DNA of 64,000 bases from the human T2T-CHM13v2.0 reference genome, Homo sapiens. Positions 39,829 through 54,345 of this stretch are shown here, piece after piece. The notes under the pieces are model-generated. The model did no database searches. It was not told the DNA's origin and was given only the letters and a program-made list of their open reading frames with translations. Location: NCBI RefSeq assembly GCF_009914755.1, contig NC_060936.1, one strand, 5' to 3'. How positions within the stretch are numbered: position 1 is the stretch's first letter; each line of letters opens with the position of its first letter. A program made the translations under genes and the position numbers.

Positions 39829-41559
39829 TTAAGATATGTAACATGATAACAGACTTTACTCCAAGAGTGAAAATTAATGTAAAGGTTTTAAACAAGGGAA
39901 TCATGTGACCAGAAAAATCTTGAGTGATACCTTTGACGACAAGTTGAAGAATGGATTGGAGTGGACGTGACAGTAGAAGCAAGCAGTGCAGCAAGGAGGT
40001 GAATGTAACAGTTTAGGCAAGAGGCCATGATGGCTAGAACTAAGATGATAGCAGTGGATATTCATAGAAGTGGCTAGATTTGGGAGACATATTTTGGCAG
40101 TTGAGAAGACATAACTTGATGATTAATTAGAATTTTGGAGTAAGTCCCTTAAGAAATTAAAGAATCAAGGTTAAGTCAATAGAGAGTCCAAATCAACTGG
40201 GCAGATGGTAGTCATTTTCTGGAGGAGGAATTAGTTTGGGCCCTCCCATACTAGGGCACTGAGTGCGATCAGGAGTTTTCTTTTGAGTAATCTTGCTACT
40301 TTCCTACTCTCTAATTTCAATATTTATTACTGTTTTTCTCATTCACTTCAAGCCAGTAACATCAAACTCCTTTTTAAACTTCAAATGTGCTAGTCCTGCT
40401 CCCATCTCAAGGCCTTTTTATTTGATATTCCCTCTGCCTGAAAAACTGTTTCCTAAGTTCTTCACATTACTAAATTATCTCATCCTTTAGGCTTTCACTT
40501 AAATGTCACCTCAAAAAGTCCTTCTTTGGCCACTCTATGTGATGAAGCCTTTTTTCCCTCACTCTCTATCATATTACCTTTTATGTTATAACACTTAACA
40601 CAAGCTATTATCCTGCCCACTCATGTGTTTAGCTCTTGTCCCCCTCATTAATTTGCAAGAACTGGAAAAAGTAAGGAACCTATCTTTCTTGTTTATCACT
40701 ATATTTCTAATGCTATACACTGATAACAATGTGTGTGAATAAATAGATTATAAGGACTGAATTGACCTTGCATAGTTTCTGGTATAAAAAGTTGCCTTAA
40801 GAACTGAAGATGACAGAAAATTCTCATAGTCTTCATGACACATATATTGACAATCCATTGTCATACTAGACTATTGTCATCTTAACTAGATGAAGCATCT
40901 TTTTCTGTCTTACTTGAAAATGTAAAACCGTGTGTTCAACAAGTGTGCCACAAATAAGAGGCTAGCATATTTACACTTAGAGGTTTTTAATATGAAAAAG
41001 ATGCCTTGAAATTTTAAATATATTCAAGCAAAAAGAGGTCAAAACCAACAAATAATAATCATGGTAACTCCCTTTAAATATCAGAGGTTTGTGTTTTTAA
41101 ATTAACCCTGGTGATTTCTAATTGTTTTATATTTCAGTTTCTATTTAAGCTAATAACACTCATAAAATAAGCAACATTTTCCTCTGTTTCACCCACTCAA
41201 ATAAAATTATTAATGATCAGTGTGGTGCAGTTTTATTCTGGACTGTGAAAATAGATGGAGAACAGCCTTCAATGTGGTGAAACTTGTGTTAGAATCAGAT
41301 TAACCTCAGTTTCCCAGTACCACATTTTATCATTTAGTTGATGACTTAATTATTCCTTCTTTCAAACTGACCAAAAGTAATCAGAGTGAGGAAGTTCAGA
41401 CTCAATGAAACTCAGTGAAAATATGCCTGTGATATTTGTAAAAAATAAAAATTGAAAAAAAAACTTCTTGATGTCAACCAAAAAATGCTTCCAAATCTAA
41501 AGACCCCAGAATGAAATATATAACAATATATGTTCTAAAATAGATTAGTACTTCTACTT

Positions 41560-44500
41560 CTACCATGAAGAATACCTAGTGCAAGACTAACCCCCATGAC
41601 TGACAGAATTATGACAAGAGAAAAATAGATACGAAGCAACTGTTTTCATAAATTAAACAGACAGGACTTGAGGTAAGCCTTGGGATTAAAGTGGCTTTCA
41701 GCCTGGAGTCACTTTCTATACCTGGGTCCTCCCACATGACTTGCGAAGGTAGAATATAAGAAGAGAATGCAGCTCCTGCTGAGATATTTTTAAAAAGGCA
41801 GAATTTAGAGTTCAGTGATGCTGAGGCAGCTGGCATCTTCAGAGCATCATACTGGAGAGCAGGATGAGAGCTACAGAAATCTGTATTGGAGTCTTCTTAA
41901 ATATTTGGTTGAGTGCTAAACTACTCAACTTTCCAGGTGGAAACTTTCCAGGGCCTACAAGAGAACTGCTTCAGGGAGATGTAAAATAAATGTGATTTGA
42001 GAAGCCACACAATGCTGGGAGACATAGAAATTCTGACCAATAAGAATGGAGAAAGCTCACAGGCTGTCCCTTACATTTAATAAAGAAACCAAAAAGATGC
42101 ACATTAGGATTAAGTCCACTCTAGCCCTAGATTAAAGACTGTAGTAGACTCAACCTAACAAATCATAAAAACCAGTCTCAAAAAAATTAGGCTGATCTTC
42201 CAGTAATTGAACTGTCTACTAAAAAAAATGAGATCTGACCCCTGAAAAATAGCAGAATGCTGACTCTCAATAATGTACTTTTCTAAATGTCTAGCATATG
42301 ATCAATAATTGAGAAAACTATTGGAAAATGTCTAGCATACAGTCAGTAACTAGGAAAATAATTGGAAAGAATCAGGAAAATATAAACATAGCCTGGGGAG
42401 AGGAAGTGGTTAATAGAAACAGATCCAAAGAGTTTTAAATTAGCAAATAATTATTCCAATACAGCTATTATAAAGATATTTATTGATTTTTTAAAAAGAT
42501 GTATATGAATGAACAAATGAAGAATCTTATTAAAAATGGAAATTTAAGAACTGAAAACACAATACCTAAAATATTTGTTTAAAAAATCAGCAAATGGGCT
42601 TAATAGATTGTGAAATGCAAGAAAAAAAGAACGGTGAGCTTGAAGACAGGGCAATAGGAATTATCCCCCATGTTGAGGTACAAAAAGAAAATAAACCTTG
42701 AAAATAATGAGAGCGCCTTGTAACCTGAGGGACAATATCAAACAATATGTGTGTATTGGACACACCAAAAAGGAGAAAGATAGTGAGGCAAAAAATAATT
42801 AAGGAGATGGCCAAATTTTACAAATTTGATTTAAAAAAAATTAACCTACAAATATAAGAAGTAAAAGGCTTAGTAATCCCTAAGCAAATACATACTCTCC
42901 CTTTCTTTCTTTCTTTTCTTTCTCTTTCTTTCTTCTTTTTCTTTCTTTCTTTCTTTGTTTCTTTCATTTTCTCTTTCCTTCCTTCTTTCCCTGCCTCTTT
43001 CATTCCTTCTTTCTTTCTTTCTTTCATTCTTTCTTTCTCTCTTTCCCTTCTTTCTTTCTCTCTCTCTCTCACACACACGCACACACAACAAACACCCCCA
43101 GGTACCTTATAGAGAAATTGCTGAAAAATAAGATAAATTTAAAAATTTTGAAACATCAGATAAAATAAACAAATTCCATATAGAGAAACAACTATAATAT
43201 TAATATTATGATGTTCTATATAAAACACTAAATACAGGCCTCTCATCAAAAAAAAAATCAAGACAAAAGGAGGTTGAATACTATCTTTGTGTTAAAGATG
43301 AAAACAACTTTTTCAAATTAGAACTCTATACACAGTAAAATTATGTTGCAAAAATTAAGGCCAAATGAAGATATTTTCAACCAAATCCAGCTGAGTTAGT
43401 TTAGTATAAGTTCATCCGTACTATACAAAATAGTAAAAGAAGTACATCAAGCTGGAAGAAAATCATACTAGATGGAAACTCAAATTGGTAAGAAGAAATG
43501 AAAAATACCCCAAAATATGTAAATAAATAAAAACAGTTTCATTTACACATTTATTAATTTATTTAAAAAGTGATTGAAGAAAAATGAATCACAATGTACT
43601 CTGGTTTATAATGTATAAAAAATAAAATTTATAATAACTTCAATAAGAATGAAAATGGAAAATGGAAGTAAACTGTTCCAAGTTTTTCATATTATATGTA
43701 AGGATGCATAATGTTAATTCATGGTTGGCTGTAATATGCTTAAACAAAGGATATTTTAATCTCTAGGAAAACCACACCCCTTAAATTTTAAGAGTATATT
43801 TAAAAACCAAGGAGAAGATAAAAATGAAATATAACAGGAAAAAAATATGAAAGGAAACATAAAAAAGAAAAAAGGGGACCAAGAAATGGTTTAGACAAAC
43901 AAAGAAAAAAACACGCCATAGAAACTAATAGCAGTACAGTGAGCCTTTGGTATGGTTAGGTAATCATATCAATAAGACATTAAATGTAAATGCACTAAGA
44001 ACTCAAATTAAAAAGCAGAAATTGTCAGCCTACATCAAAAAAGCAATATATAATTTTATTCTGTTTACAGGAACATGTATATAAGCAATTAGATTTTATA
44101 TATAAGCATTTATATATAAGCAATTAGATTAAACATTTTATATATAAGCAATTAGATTAAAAGTAAAAGAATAATACTTTCCAGGAAAATCCTATCACCT
44201 TGCTAGATCTAGGAAAAAAAGTGGTAAAGTTCAGCACCCATTCATGATAAAAACTCACAAAACTAGACATAGAATGAAACTTTCTCAACCTTGAAAAGTG
44301 ATCTATGAAAAGTTTATAGTTAGTATCATGTTAAATCATGCAAGAATGAATGCTTTCTCCTAAGGTTAGAAACAAAGCCACGATGTCTGCTTCAAACATT
44401 TCTTTAATGTTGTATTGGAAATCCTAGCCAGCACACAATGTGAAAAAAAAATTAAGGTAAAAATTAAAAAGAAAGAAATAAAACTGACTATTTTTACATA

Positions 44501-46170
44501 GCATGATTATGTAAAGGTCACAGCATTTGAGATCAATGTACAAGATCTAATTGTGTTCCAGTAAAAATATATATAAAATAAATTCTGTTTTGAAATGTTA
44601 CTTACTGTAACAAAATTTTATTTACTAAAATTTAGTAAATTATTTAATAAAATTTTATTTACAGAAAAGTGCAAAACTTTCCTAAGGAAAATTAAAGAAA
44701 ATCTAAATAAATGAAAAAATATACTACATTTATTGATTGAAAGATTCCTGTGGTTAAGATGATAATTCTCTCCAAACTCATCTATAAATAAAATATAATC
44801 CCAATGAAAATCCCAGCAGGTTTTTGTAGAAATTAAAAAGCTGACTCCAATATTTATGTGGAATGCAAAAGAGCCTAGAATAGTCAAAGCAATCATGAAA
44901 AAAGAACAAAGTCTCACTTCATAACTTGTATGGATTCATGTACTATAAATTTACAGCAATTAAGATAATGTGATATTGCTTAAGGACAGGCAAATAGATC
45001 AACAGAATACAATTCAATGTAGATAGAATAGAAAGCCAGAGACCTATTTGTATGTTCAATTTATTTTTGACAAGGCCACCCATGCAATAAATGAAAAATG
45101 TACTTTCAGCAAGTAAAATACTGCTTTCAGAATACTTCAGAAAAAATCACAAGAATCAATGTTAAGATAGGCAATGTTTTCTTAAACAAATAAAGAAAGT
45201 AATAACTATTTAAAAGTTTCTGAATTGGACATTATCAAAATTTAAAACTATTCATGAAAAGACCCCATTAAAGAAATCTATAGGCAAGCCACATTCTGAG
45301 AAAAATATGTGCAAAACATTTATATGGCAAAATTTTTGTATTCAGAGTATATAAAGAAATCATGCAAATGAATCTAAACAAACAAAAAAATTGGGAAAAT
45401 ACATGAGCAGAGAGTTCAAACAAAATATATAAGAAGATAGTATATGAAGAATTGCCTAGACCCCAAGTAAATATAAATTAGAAGCACAATGAGATACCAC
45501 TATACACCCATTGGAATGGATAACATTGTAAAGACAGACAAAATCAAGAGTTGGCAAGAATGTGGTACAAATGGAACTATCATACTCTGCAGGCAATAGT
45601 GTAAAATTTTACAATTACTTCAGAAAACAGTTTCACAATTTCTTGTAAAGATAAATACCTAACATATAACCATGTCCTTCCTCTCATAGATATTTCCTAG
45701 GAGAAATGAAAAATACATTCATATAAAAACTTGTGCACAAATGATCACAGCACCTTTATTCATAATACCCCCCCAAAAGGAAGCAACCCAAATGTCCATC
45801 AAATAGGAGAGTGAATAAGTAAATTATGGCATAGTTATACAAAGGAATAATATTCATTAATTAAAAGGAATTAACTATTGACAAACTCAACCAATATGGA
45901 TAATTTCAAAAACATTATATGATGGAGTGAAAGAAGCCATAAATAAAAACATATTTACTCTATGATTCCATTTATATGAGGTTCTAAAAGGTTAATATTT
46001 ATCAAGAGAGAAAAAAATGATACCAGTGCTTGCCTCTGATGACATCAACAAAACTATTTTATATCTTGATAGGAGTGTGGTTGTTATCTGGTACATGCAT
46101 TTGTAAAAATTTATTGAACTGAAGCTGCGGAATGTCCTTGAATGTGAATTTGCTTTAACAAAAAGAGCTA
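41560..46170 (+). mobile_element. Old, internally deleted L1M (MC/MD/ME-type): ORF1, ORF2 and 3'UTR remnants
   Basis: A-rich sense L1 motifs (cagcacccattcatgataaaaactc; gaaattaaagaaaatctaaataaatg; cacaatgagataccactatacaccc; aacccaaatgtccatca; tatgattccatttatatg). Confidence 0.75.
42898..43088. repeat. (CTTT)n/(CCTT)n polypyrimidine simple repeat plus (CT)n(CA)n
   Basis: Directly visible ~170 bp of almost pure pyrimidine. Confidence 0.95.
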
Positions 46171-46822
46171 AAAAAAAGAAAGAAAGCATTGTTCAGTATT
46201 GGGGAAAAAAATTTAATCTGAGCAAATATGTTTTAGTAATTTTACTATGGATTTTTTTTCTTCTGTGGGCTTTTCAGAGGAAAAGGTGGTAGCAAAATAT
46301 AAAAAAAGGAACCTAACCACACCTTCAAAATCACCTATAATCCAGTCTTTTCTTTTTACAGATGAGGAAAACTTTAAAATGAATTATAGAGAAAGATAGA
46401 CCTTTAAAAGATTTTTTTATGTTTCATTAGCTTTCTTGGGAGTTTCAGCAGATTCAAGCTCAGTGTCACTTTGGAGGAGAGTGCGCAAAAGCCATTGTCG
46501 TGTGAGGGAAGCTGTCCTCCAATTGAACTGTGGTTCTGAATACTTCTACTGGAGTGTGAGCAAAACATGATAAATTGTCAGCAAGTCAAGGCCCTAGTCC
46601 TAGATTTAGATCTTTTATTTCAGACTACTCTCCAGGGGCAAATACTTGAGCATCTAAGAAACTAGCATCAATGACATTTTCACGCCAAACTTCCCATGAA
46701 CTCTGAACATTTAAAGACATAATCCAGGGATGAATTGAGATCTTTGTTTTTGAAGTTAACAACAGCAAAGATTTCTTAACTCCGATAAAACTTGCTTTAA
46801 GATGAAGAAATATCATTACTAA

Positions 46823-47167
<345 letters not shown>

Positions 47168-47580
47168 TTAATTTATAAAAAATAAAAAAAATAAGAAAGT
47201 AAACGGTTGATTACCTCTGTTCTAAATAGGATGTGTCGCAGGATTCAGAAAAACTTGGTTTTCCCTAGAGGAGAGAGATTTTGCCAACCAAAATGACATA
47301 TTAAAAAAAAAAAACACGAATAAGAGTGAACAAAAATAAATGTGAGTTATCTGAATTGATGTTATTTTTTTCAAAATAATAATACAAAAGAATAAAGTTA
47401 GTGGAAAATAAACTGATGAAATAACCTATGAAAATATCCGAAGAAGGTAAAAGATGTTTTTGAAAGTAAACTAAAATAAAATTCAAAGAACTACAGTAAG
47501 GTTTTCTACTGCATATTTATAGCAACATTTGTTAGTGCAGCAAACTCCAGTAAATTACAGTTTCCAATCTGGTTTTTCAG

Positions 47581-47769
47581 ACTCTCTGAAGAAAAGAAAA
47601 GATATTTATGGTTTTATCGCTTCTACTGCAATAATGAAAACTGCTCCCTTCCTTTAGTCCTGGGTAGTGCCCCTGGATGGGATGAAAGGACTGTTTCAGA
47701 AATGCATACCATTTTGAGAAGATGGACATTTTCTCAACCTTTAGAGGCTCTTGGGCTTTTGACTTCCAG
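47581..47769 (+). CDS. PIK3C2G: PIK3C2G coding exon (189 nt, phase 2-2), PIK helical domain
   Basis: Acceptor ggtttttcag|A, donor AG|gtaaga. Translates LSEEKKRYLWFYRFYCNNENCSLPLVLGSAPGWDERTVSEMHTILRRWTFSQPLEALGLLTS(S), with the helical-domain pattern 'LW..R....SLP.VL.SAP.W....AL.LL'. Confidence 0.96.
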
Positions 47770-49529
47770 GTAAGAATTGCATAACAAGCATGATATTACT
47801 GACTGAGAAGAACTTGCTTGAAGAGAACTATAGAACCATATAATTAATTCAATAGCTATTCTGTTTGTTCTCAATTTTGATAGTTATGGATATTAATTTT
47901 AGATAAATGTAAGCTATGAATATAAATTTTAAACAAATCTAAGCTATAATCATGTCTGCTGCCCTAAGCTTGTAGTATAATAAATTGTAGAAGTTTCTTA
48001 AATGAGGATTCTAGTTCTTACAGAAATAATTTAATTAAGCAGGGAAAAATAAAAATCCCTACTTCTTCTCTCAAACTAAAAATGTCTTTAAAAATTAGGA
48101 TCATTTTTGTACTATTAAAATATGCAAAGTTTAGCAAAATGCCCTGTGTAAAGTAGTTGTACAATTAATATGATAATGATGATGATAGGAATAAAAGAAA
48201 AAAATCTATTCCTTGCATGTCCTTGAGATCTTCACTCAGAATCAAATGCATGGAGCACCAGGAAAGGGCTAATGATGTCTTCCTGTTAAGGAGAAGCTTG
48301 TAGGAACAACTGTGGTAGCTGGCTCTGGTCCAGGAGAAACAAGTCTTCCTTGGTTTTCCTTTTATATTCAAAGCCAAGAAAAGATATTTTAAGTTTGTCC
48401 TGATAGCATCAGCTCACTGATGCCATGAAGAAAGTCTGCAATCTCTTGAGCCAGGCAAAAAATTGTGAAACCCCGCTCTATTCTGAATCCATTCTCAAGA
48501 ACCCAAGAGGAGAAGAAAGGTGGGAAAGGGAGTTACATGAAGAACTTTCTTCATGTAACCTAAACTGACTTTTAAAGATTTATTTACCAATGAGTGTCCT
48601 TCAGAAAACTTCTGGGGTGGGTAAAGGGGAGAGTGGGTTTTTCTTATTATTTGTAAGAGTTACTAGCTTCTCAGTCACCCAAGCTCGAAATTTACATACT
48701 ATTTTTGTACTCCTCACTTTGAAGATTTTATTAGTTTTATGGCTTCTTCCATTAACTGATGTGTGCTCGGATGCCTACCTCTTTCTTTATATATATAATG
48801 GAATATATATATTTATATTTGTTTCTATTTGAGCTTGCAACTTTTTTCTTTTGTAAGCCTTCTTGTGTGGGGTCTTCTCTGACCTTGCCATGTAGAATTG
48901 ATCACTCCTGGACTAGTACAGTGCTCTGTTACTTTACACATTGCATTTTATGGTAATGTGTTTATATGCAACAGGTAAAATGTGTATATTTTCACTCACA
49001 TCTGACTCAGAGCTACTCAAGGCAAAACAGATCATCTCAATGTTTCTGTTTCCTGAAGGCTTAGTATTACCTAGGACGTAGTAATTCCTCAGTATTGAAC
49101 CAATCACTTTCTAAGATGCATTATTATTATTTTTACAGTAGTTTAACTTTAAATTATAAGCAATTTGAGGATATTATCATTATTATTTATTTCCTACATG
49201 ACTTTGTGCAGTTGCATTAGTTAATAAAATAGTCATGTGGTAATTAACAATTGATTGGTTTCATTGGGATATTCACAATTCATCATGCTAGTGTTTAAAG
49301 ATCCTTTTGGAAAAAAGGTCTCATTCCCAACATGATCCTACCCCTTTTTCTGGTTTAGATGTAAGAACAGCTAAAATCTGTAAAATTGTTATGCTAAATT
49401 CTAGCCGGTTTTTGCTGAAGTTAGACTTGGGCTATTAGCACAATTATTATTTTGTCATTCTTGAGTTGATTAACTAATAGAGAATTCATTCAAAATGTGA
49501 CAGTCACAACTGACAGAATAAGAGAAAAT

Positions 49530-50460
49530 AAATATCTGACAAGGAAATTTTATTCAAAACATATAAAGACTCTTAAAACTCAACAATAGAAAGATAAATA
49601 ACCCAACTGTAAAATGGACAAAGGCTCTGCATGGGCATTTCTCCAAAGAAAATACACAAATGCCGAACATTTACATGAAAATATGCTCAATATCATTAGC
49701 CATTAAGGAAATAAAAATGAAAATCACCTAACACCTAAGATACCATACTCACTAGGTCTGGCTATAATCAAAAGATACAAAAAGGACAAAAAATAAAAAG
49801 TGTTGATGAGGATATGGAGAAATTGGAAACCTCATTTACCTCTGGTGGGAATGCAAAATTGTGTAGCCAATTGGAAAACAGTGTGACAGTTTCTTAAGTG
49901 TTAAACCCAGAGTTACTATATGACCCAACAATCTTACTATGAAGTATATACTCAAGATAAATTTAAAAATATGCCCACTCAAAAACTCATGCACGCATGT
50001 TTGTAACAACATTATTCACAATAGCCAAAAAGTAGAAACAATCCAAATATCCACCAACTAATCAATAGATATGTAAAATGTGATCTATCCATACAACATA
50101 ATATTATTTGATAATAAAAAGGAATGAATACTGATATATGCTACAACATGGAAGGACCTTGACAGCATTATGCTAAGTGAAAGAAGCCAGTTACAGAAGA
50201 CCACATATGGTATGATTCCACTTGTATGAAATGTGCAGAATAGGCAAAGCTCTACAGACAGAAAGTAAATTAGCAGTAACCCAGAGCGAGGGCAAGTTGG
50301 GAGAAAATGGAGATTGACTGCTAATGGGTATGAGGTTTCCTTTTGTGGTTATAATTGATATAATTGTTGCACAAATCTGGAAACATGCTAAAAACATTGA
50401 ATTGTGCACTTTAAATGGGGTGGATTGTATGGTATTTCAATATCGTGGTAAAGGTGTTTA
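49530..50460 (+). mobile_element. L1MB-type 3' fragment
   Basis: ctcttaaaactcaacaatag...atgctaagtgaaagaagccag...aataggcaaagctctacagacagaaagt. Confidence 0.8.
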
Positions 50461-50739
50461 AAATTTTTGAGAAAATAATTGTGAAGGTAATATCTATGAA
50501 TCTCTCTAATATCTTTAAAGAATAATTTTCTAACAAGATAACTTTCCAAAGTTTAAAGTTCATGGAATATTTTTTAGAAAAATCTTTAATAGAATGAGAT
50601 TGTAATACTGCTCTGTTTACTCACTTATTAAATAAGAGGATTAGCTGGATGAACTTCAATATCCTCTGATCCCTGATAACTAAGCAGAATTATGCTTCGT
50701 GAGTCTTCTTTATCTAAACAGATCTTCAAAATCTGTTTG

Positions 50740-50970
50740 GCTCATTCAATGTTTTATGTGTCCAGATAAAATTTTTACTTAGTGCCCCTTAGTACTATCT
50801 CATATTAACATCCATAACAACCTTATGATGGAAATACTATTATTATTCCTATTTTACATATGAGGAAACTGAGGCCTATAGAGGTTATGTTGCCTCAAGT
50901 GCCCTGTAAGTTGAAAACCTGGGAATCAAATCCAGGCATTCATGAGAGCTTATAATCTGAACCATTCTGT
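50740..50970. mobile_element. MIR
   Basis: Core attattattcctattttacatatgaggaaactgaggc. Confidence 0.7.
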
Positions 50971-52229
50971 TTAAAGCCTTCCTGCATAAACATGCTAGGC
51001 TATTTACATATGAAATATCTTGGCTATCCTAAACGGTTTTTTAAAATTGTAAATAGGAGCACTTAGCGATCTCGGTCATGCTCAGATGTTTCTACTTCAC
51101 TGTGTAATTTCTTTTTTTCTGAATAATCAGATTTTTAGAGGTTATGGGGACTGATTTTAAAGTAGAAGGTGTTTATTAAACTTCATTCAGGGAACTTAGT
51201 AGAATCCTGATTTATTTACACACTGGAAAGTTTCTTATCATGCACCAAATAAGGTCACTGCAAATGTTGGAGTATTTCCATTGTACTCATCCTCTGACTC
51301 CCACTCTCAGTTTTACTGAACTATTAAAAAACTTGAGGACAAGCTGTTTCCAGAAATGAACCTTTCAACTCCTCTAAATTAAAAAGCTGACTTTTCTGAG
51401 AACAAACAGTATGTGCTTATTAAGTGAGTTGTCAGAGTGAGTACTTGAGAGATCTATATTTTTCCTCCTTTGAACAATCTATTTTTTTAAATGGTTTAAC
51501 CTCTTGACAACTGGTGTGCTCCATTTCCAGCTTGGGGAGTTTTTAATATTGCTATTTACTTAATCTGTCCAAAGGTTCACCATCTCCTTTTACTTTAATT
51601 TTAGCAAGAGGCATGATGAAATTTAATTTACCTAGGATGGGCCATACAGTGTTAATATTTCTACTACTGAGTGCCAGCAGAGAGCTCCCTGGGTACTGAT
51701 AACTTCCATTAGAGAAGGGGGTGCTGTCAGGAAAACAGAGACCAAGGGCTAAGGTCTGTGGTTCCTGGCAGATGGTTGCTATTTTCCTGAACCCTCATTC
51801 CCAGGCACAACTATTCAACTGCTAATAACAAGCAAAAATTACCCAAGGAATTAAAAGTCAGTTCAAGGAAAGTATTCATTTAAAAATAGCAACTTTGAAT
51901 TGGCATCAGAGGATTACATCAGAAGCTTAAATAAAAATTTGACAAGGTATGAGAACTTGCCATCCCACATGATGTAAAATTATTGTTTTGCAAGAAGAAA
52001 AGCAATATTTAACAGAACAGTGCCTTAGCTTCCAAAATTAGGTTCCTTGGAAAAATATTTCCAAAATATTTTTTTTCTCCAAACCATTGTATTCTTTATT
52101 GTACATTTAATTTATACTGATGCCATTGTTTACTAACATTGTAAATAGAAAGAATGGAATATGGCATAGGGAGGCAGTTAAAACTCTCACATTTGACTGA
52201 TTAAATTATGAATGATGGTGTATCTTTTC

Positions 52230-53319
52230 CATTTATTTATTGAACAAAAATATGTGTACAGACAAATTGGTAGGCACTGAATCAAAGAGGTAGATGAATA
52301 AGCCATAGTGACTGTCTCTAAACAAGGTACAATTTATAGGGAGAGACTCAAGCTAGAGGTTACCAGGCAATGTGCTCTGTACCATCACCAAAATAAGTAT
52401 TAAGTACTCTACGAGCCCAAAGGAGAGAGAGGAAAATTCTTTCAAGGAAAGTAAGGAAAAGTTCACAAAGAAATTGGATTCTGACTTGAAATATTCATAG
52501 GAATTTTCTGAGTGGAGAAGCGGGGAAATGACATTCCAAGAAGGAAGACTAGTGTGTGCATGGTTATACAGGTTCAGAAAATAGTGAATCATTTTATATA
52601 ACATTAGAAGAGAATTGTATCAGGAAACAAAGTTGAAAATGGTGGTTCAATTTAGATTGTTTTGGGCCTGCTGAGCCAGGTAGGTACTATGAACTTGTTA
52701 TGGCATACCATGGAATTTTGTTAAGAACAGGAGTCATAAAATCAGATTTGTGTTATATGTGCACAAATCTGGCATCAGTATAAAGAACAGATTGAAAAAA
52801 GAAGAAAATGAGAGAAAGAATATTAGATAGATAATAGATATTGAAATAATCCATTTGAAAAATGGTCTGGGACTGAACTAAGAAGTCTAAGCAGTAGGAA
52901 CGCACAAAGCAGATTTGAGAGAAGTTTCAGAGGAAAGTAAAAAAGAGAGAAGAAATAAGGAAGACTTTAAGCTTTCAGACCTGGGAAACTTGATAGATAA
53001 TTGCATCATTCACCAAGATAAAAGTTTTAGATGAAAGAGCAAATTTACGTAGTGAACGTTGAAAAGTTCTATTCTGGATATGTCACATTTTTAAAAACCC
53101 ATGAGACACATAGAAGAAGATGCCTGGTATGCAGTTGTGTATACAGGTCTGAATTTTAGCAGATAAATCAAAACTTGAAAAACAATGTGGGAGTTGTTGG
53201 CTTTCAGGCAGTAGTTGAAGCTACGGAAGTAGAGGATGTGTGACAAGTACTGTGTGTAGCTATAGAGAGGAAGTATAGAAAGAGGCCAGAGATGGAACTC
53301 TGGAGAACAGCAACATTTG

Positions 53320-53362
<43 letters not shown>

Positions 53363-53665
53363 GAGATGGAGTCTTGCTCTGTCTCCCAGGTTAGAGTGCA
53401 GTGGTGCGATCTCGGTTCACAGCAACCTCCGCCTCCCCGGGAGAACAGCAACATTTTAAGAACAGTGCAAAGCAAGAAAAACCAGGAAAATAAACTGAAA
53501 AAAAAGTGACCAAAAGGTTGCAGGAGATCCAGAAAAGGGTGGTATCTTAGAACTCTTGAAAAAGATTTTCAAAGGCTTTAAAGAAGTATTAAATAGAATT
53601 AGGTCTAAAAACAGATTAATGAATTTGGAAATCAGGTAGTCACTGATGATATCAATGAGAGCAGT
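52230..53665 (-). mobile_element. L2 fragment (antisense)
   Basis: Purine-rich antisense L2 (catttatttattgaac...; ttctattctggatatgtc...; gaatttggaaatcaggtagtcactgatga). Confidence 0.6.
53319..53439 (-). mobile_element. Severely 5'-truncated Alu with (CAA)14 tail
   Basis: (GTT)14 at 53321-53362 plus ~77 bp of Alu 3' end; 17-bp TSD GGAGAACAGCAACATTT at 53302-53318 and 53440-53456. Confidence 0.92.
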
Positions 53666-54345
53666 TTTTTAAATTTAGTTTTAATTGACATAATAATTGT
53701 ATATATTTATGTGGTACAATATAATCTTTTGATCTATATATACATTGTAGAAAGATTAAATAAAGCTAATTAACAAAGTCATCATCTCACAAACTTATTT
53801 TTGTGTTTAGAATGTTAAAAATTTATTTTTAGCAATTTCAAAATATATGATACATTGTTATTAACTCTGATCTCCACGCAGTGCAATAGATCACAGAAAT
53901 TTACTCCTCCAAGCTACTGAAATGTTGTACCCTTTGACAACAATCTCCTCTTTTTCCATTTCTCCTCTCCCCAAAGCCTCTGGTAACCACCTTTCCATTC
54001 CGTTTTTATGACACTGACTTTTTCAGATTCCACATTTAAGTGAGATTATTAAAATATTTGTGTTTCTGTGCCTGGCTTATTATACTTAGCATAATGTCCT
54101 CCAAGTTCATTCGTGCTATCATAAATAACAGAACTTCCTTCTTTTTAAGGATGAACAGTATTACATTGTGTGTACATACCACAGTGTCGTTATCCATTCA
54201 TCCTTTAATGGACACTAAGGTTGCTTCTATATCTTGGCTATTGTAAATAATGCTTTCATGAACATGGGGGTACAGATATCTCTTTGACATACTAATTTTA
54301 ATTCATTTGGATATATATCCAGAAATGAGATTACTGGGTCGTATT
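53665..54345 (-). mobile_element. L1MA-type 3' end
   Basis: taattgacataataattgtatatatttatg...gattccacatttaagtgag...cctggcttattatacttagcataatgtcctccaag. Confidence 0.82.

Noticed and set aside
42818-43091. Lys/Glu/Arg-rich ORFs
   Set aside because: Translations of the (CTTT)n simple repeat.
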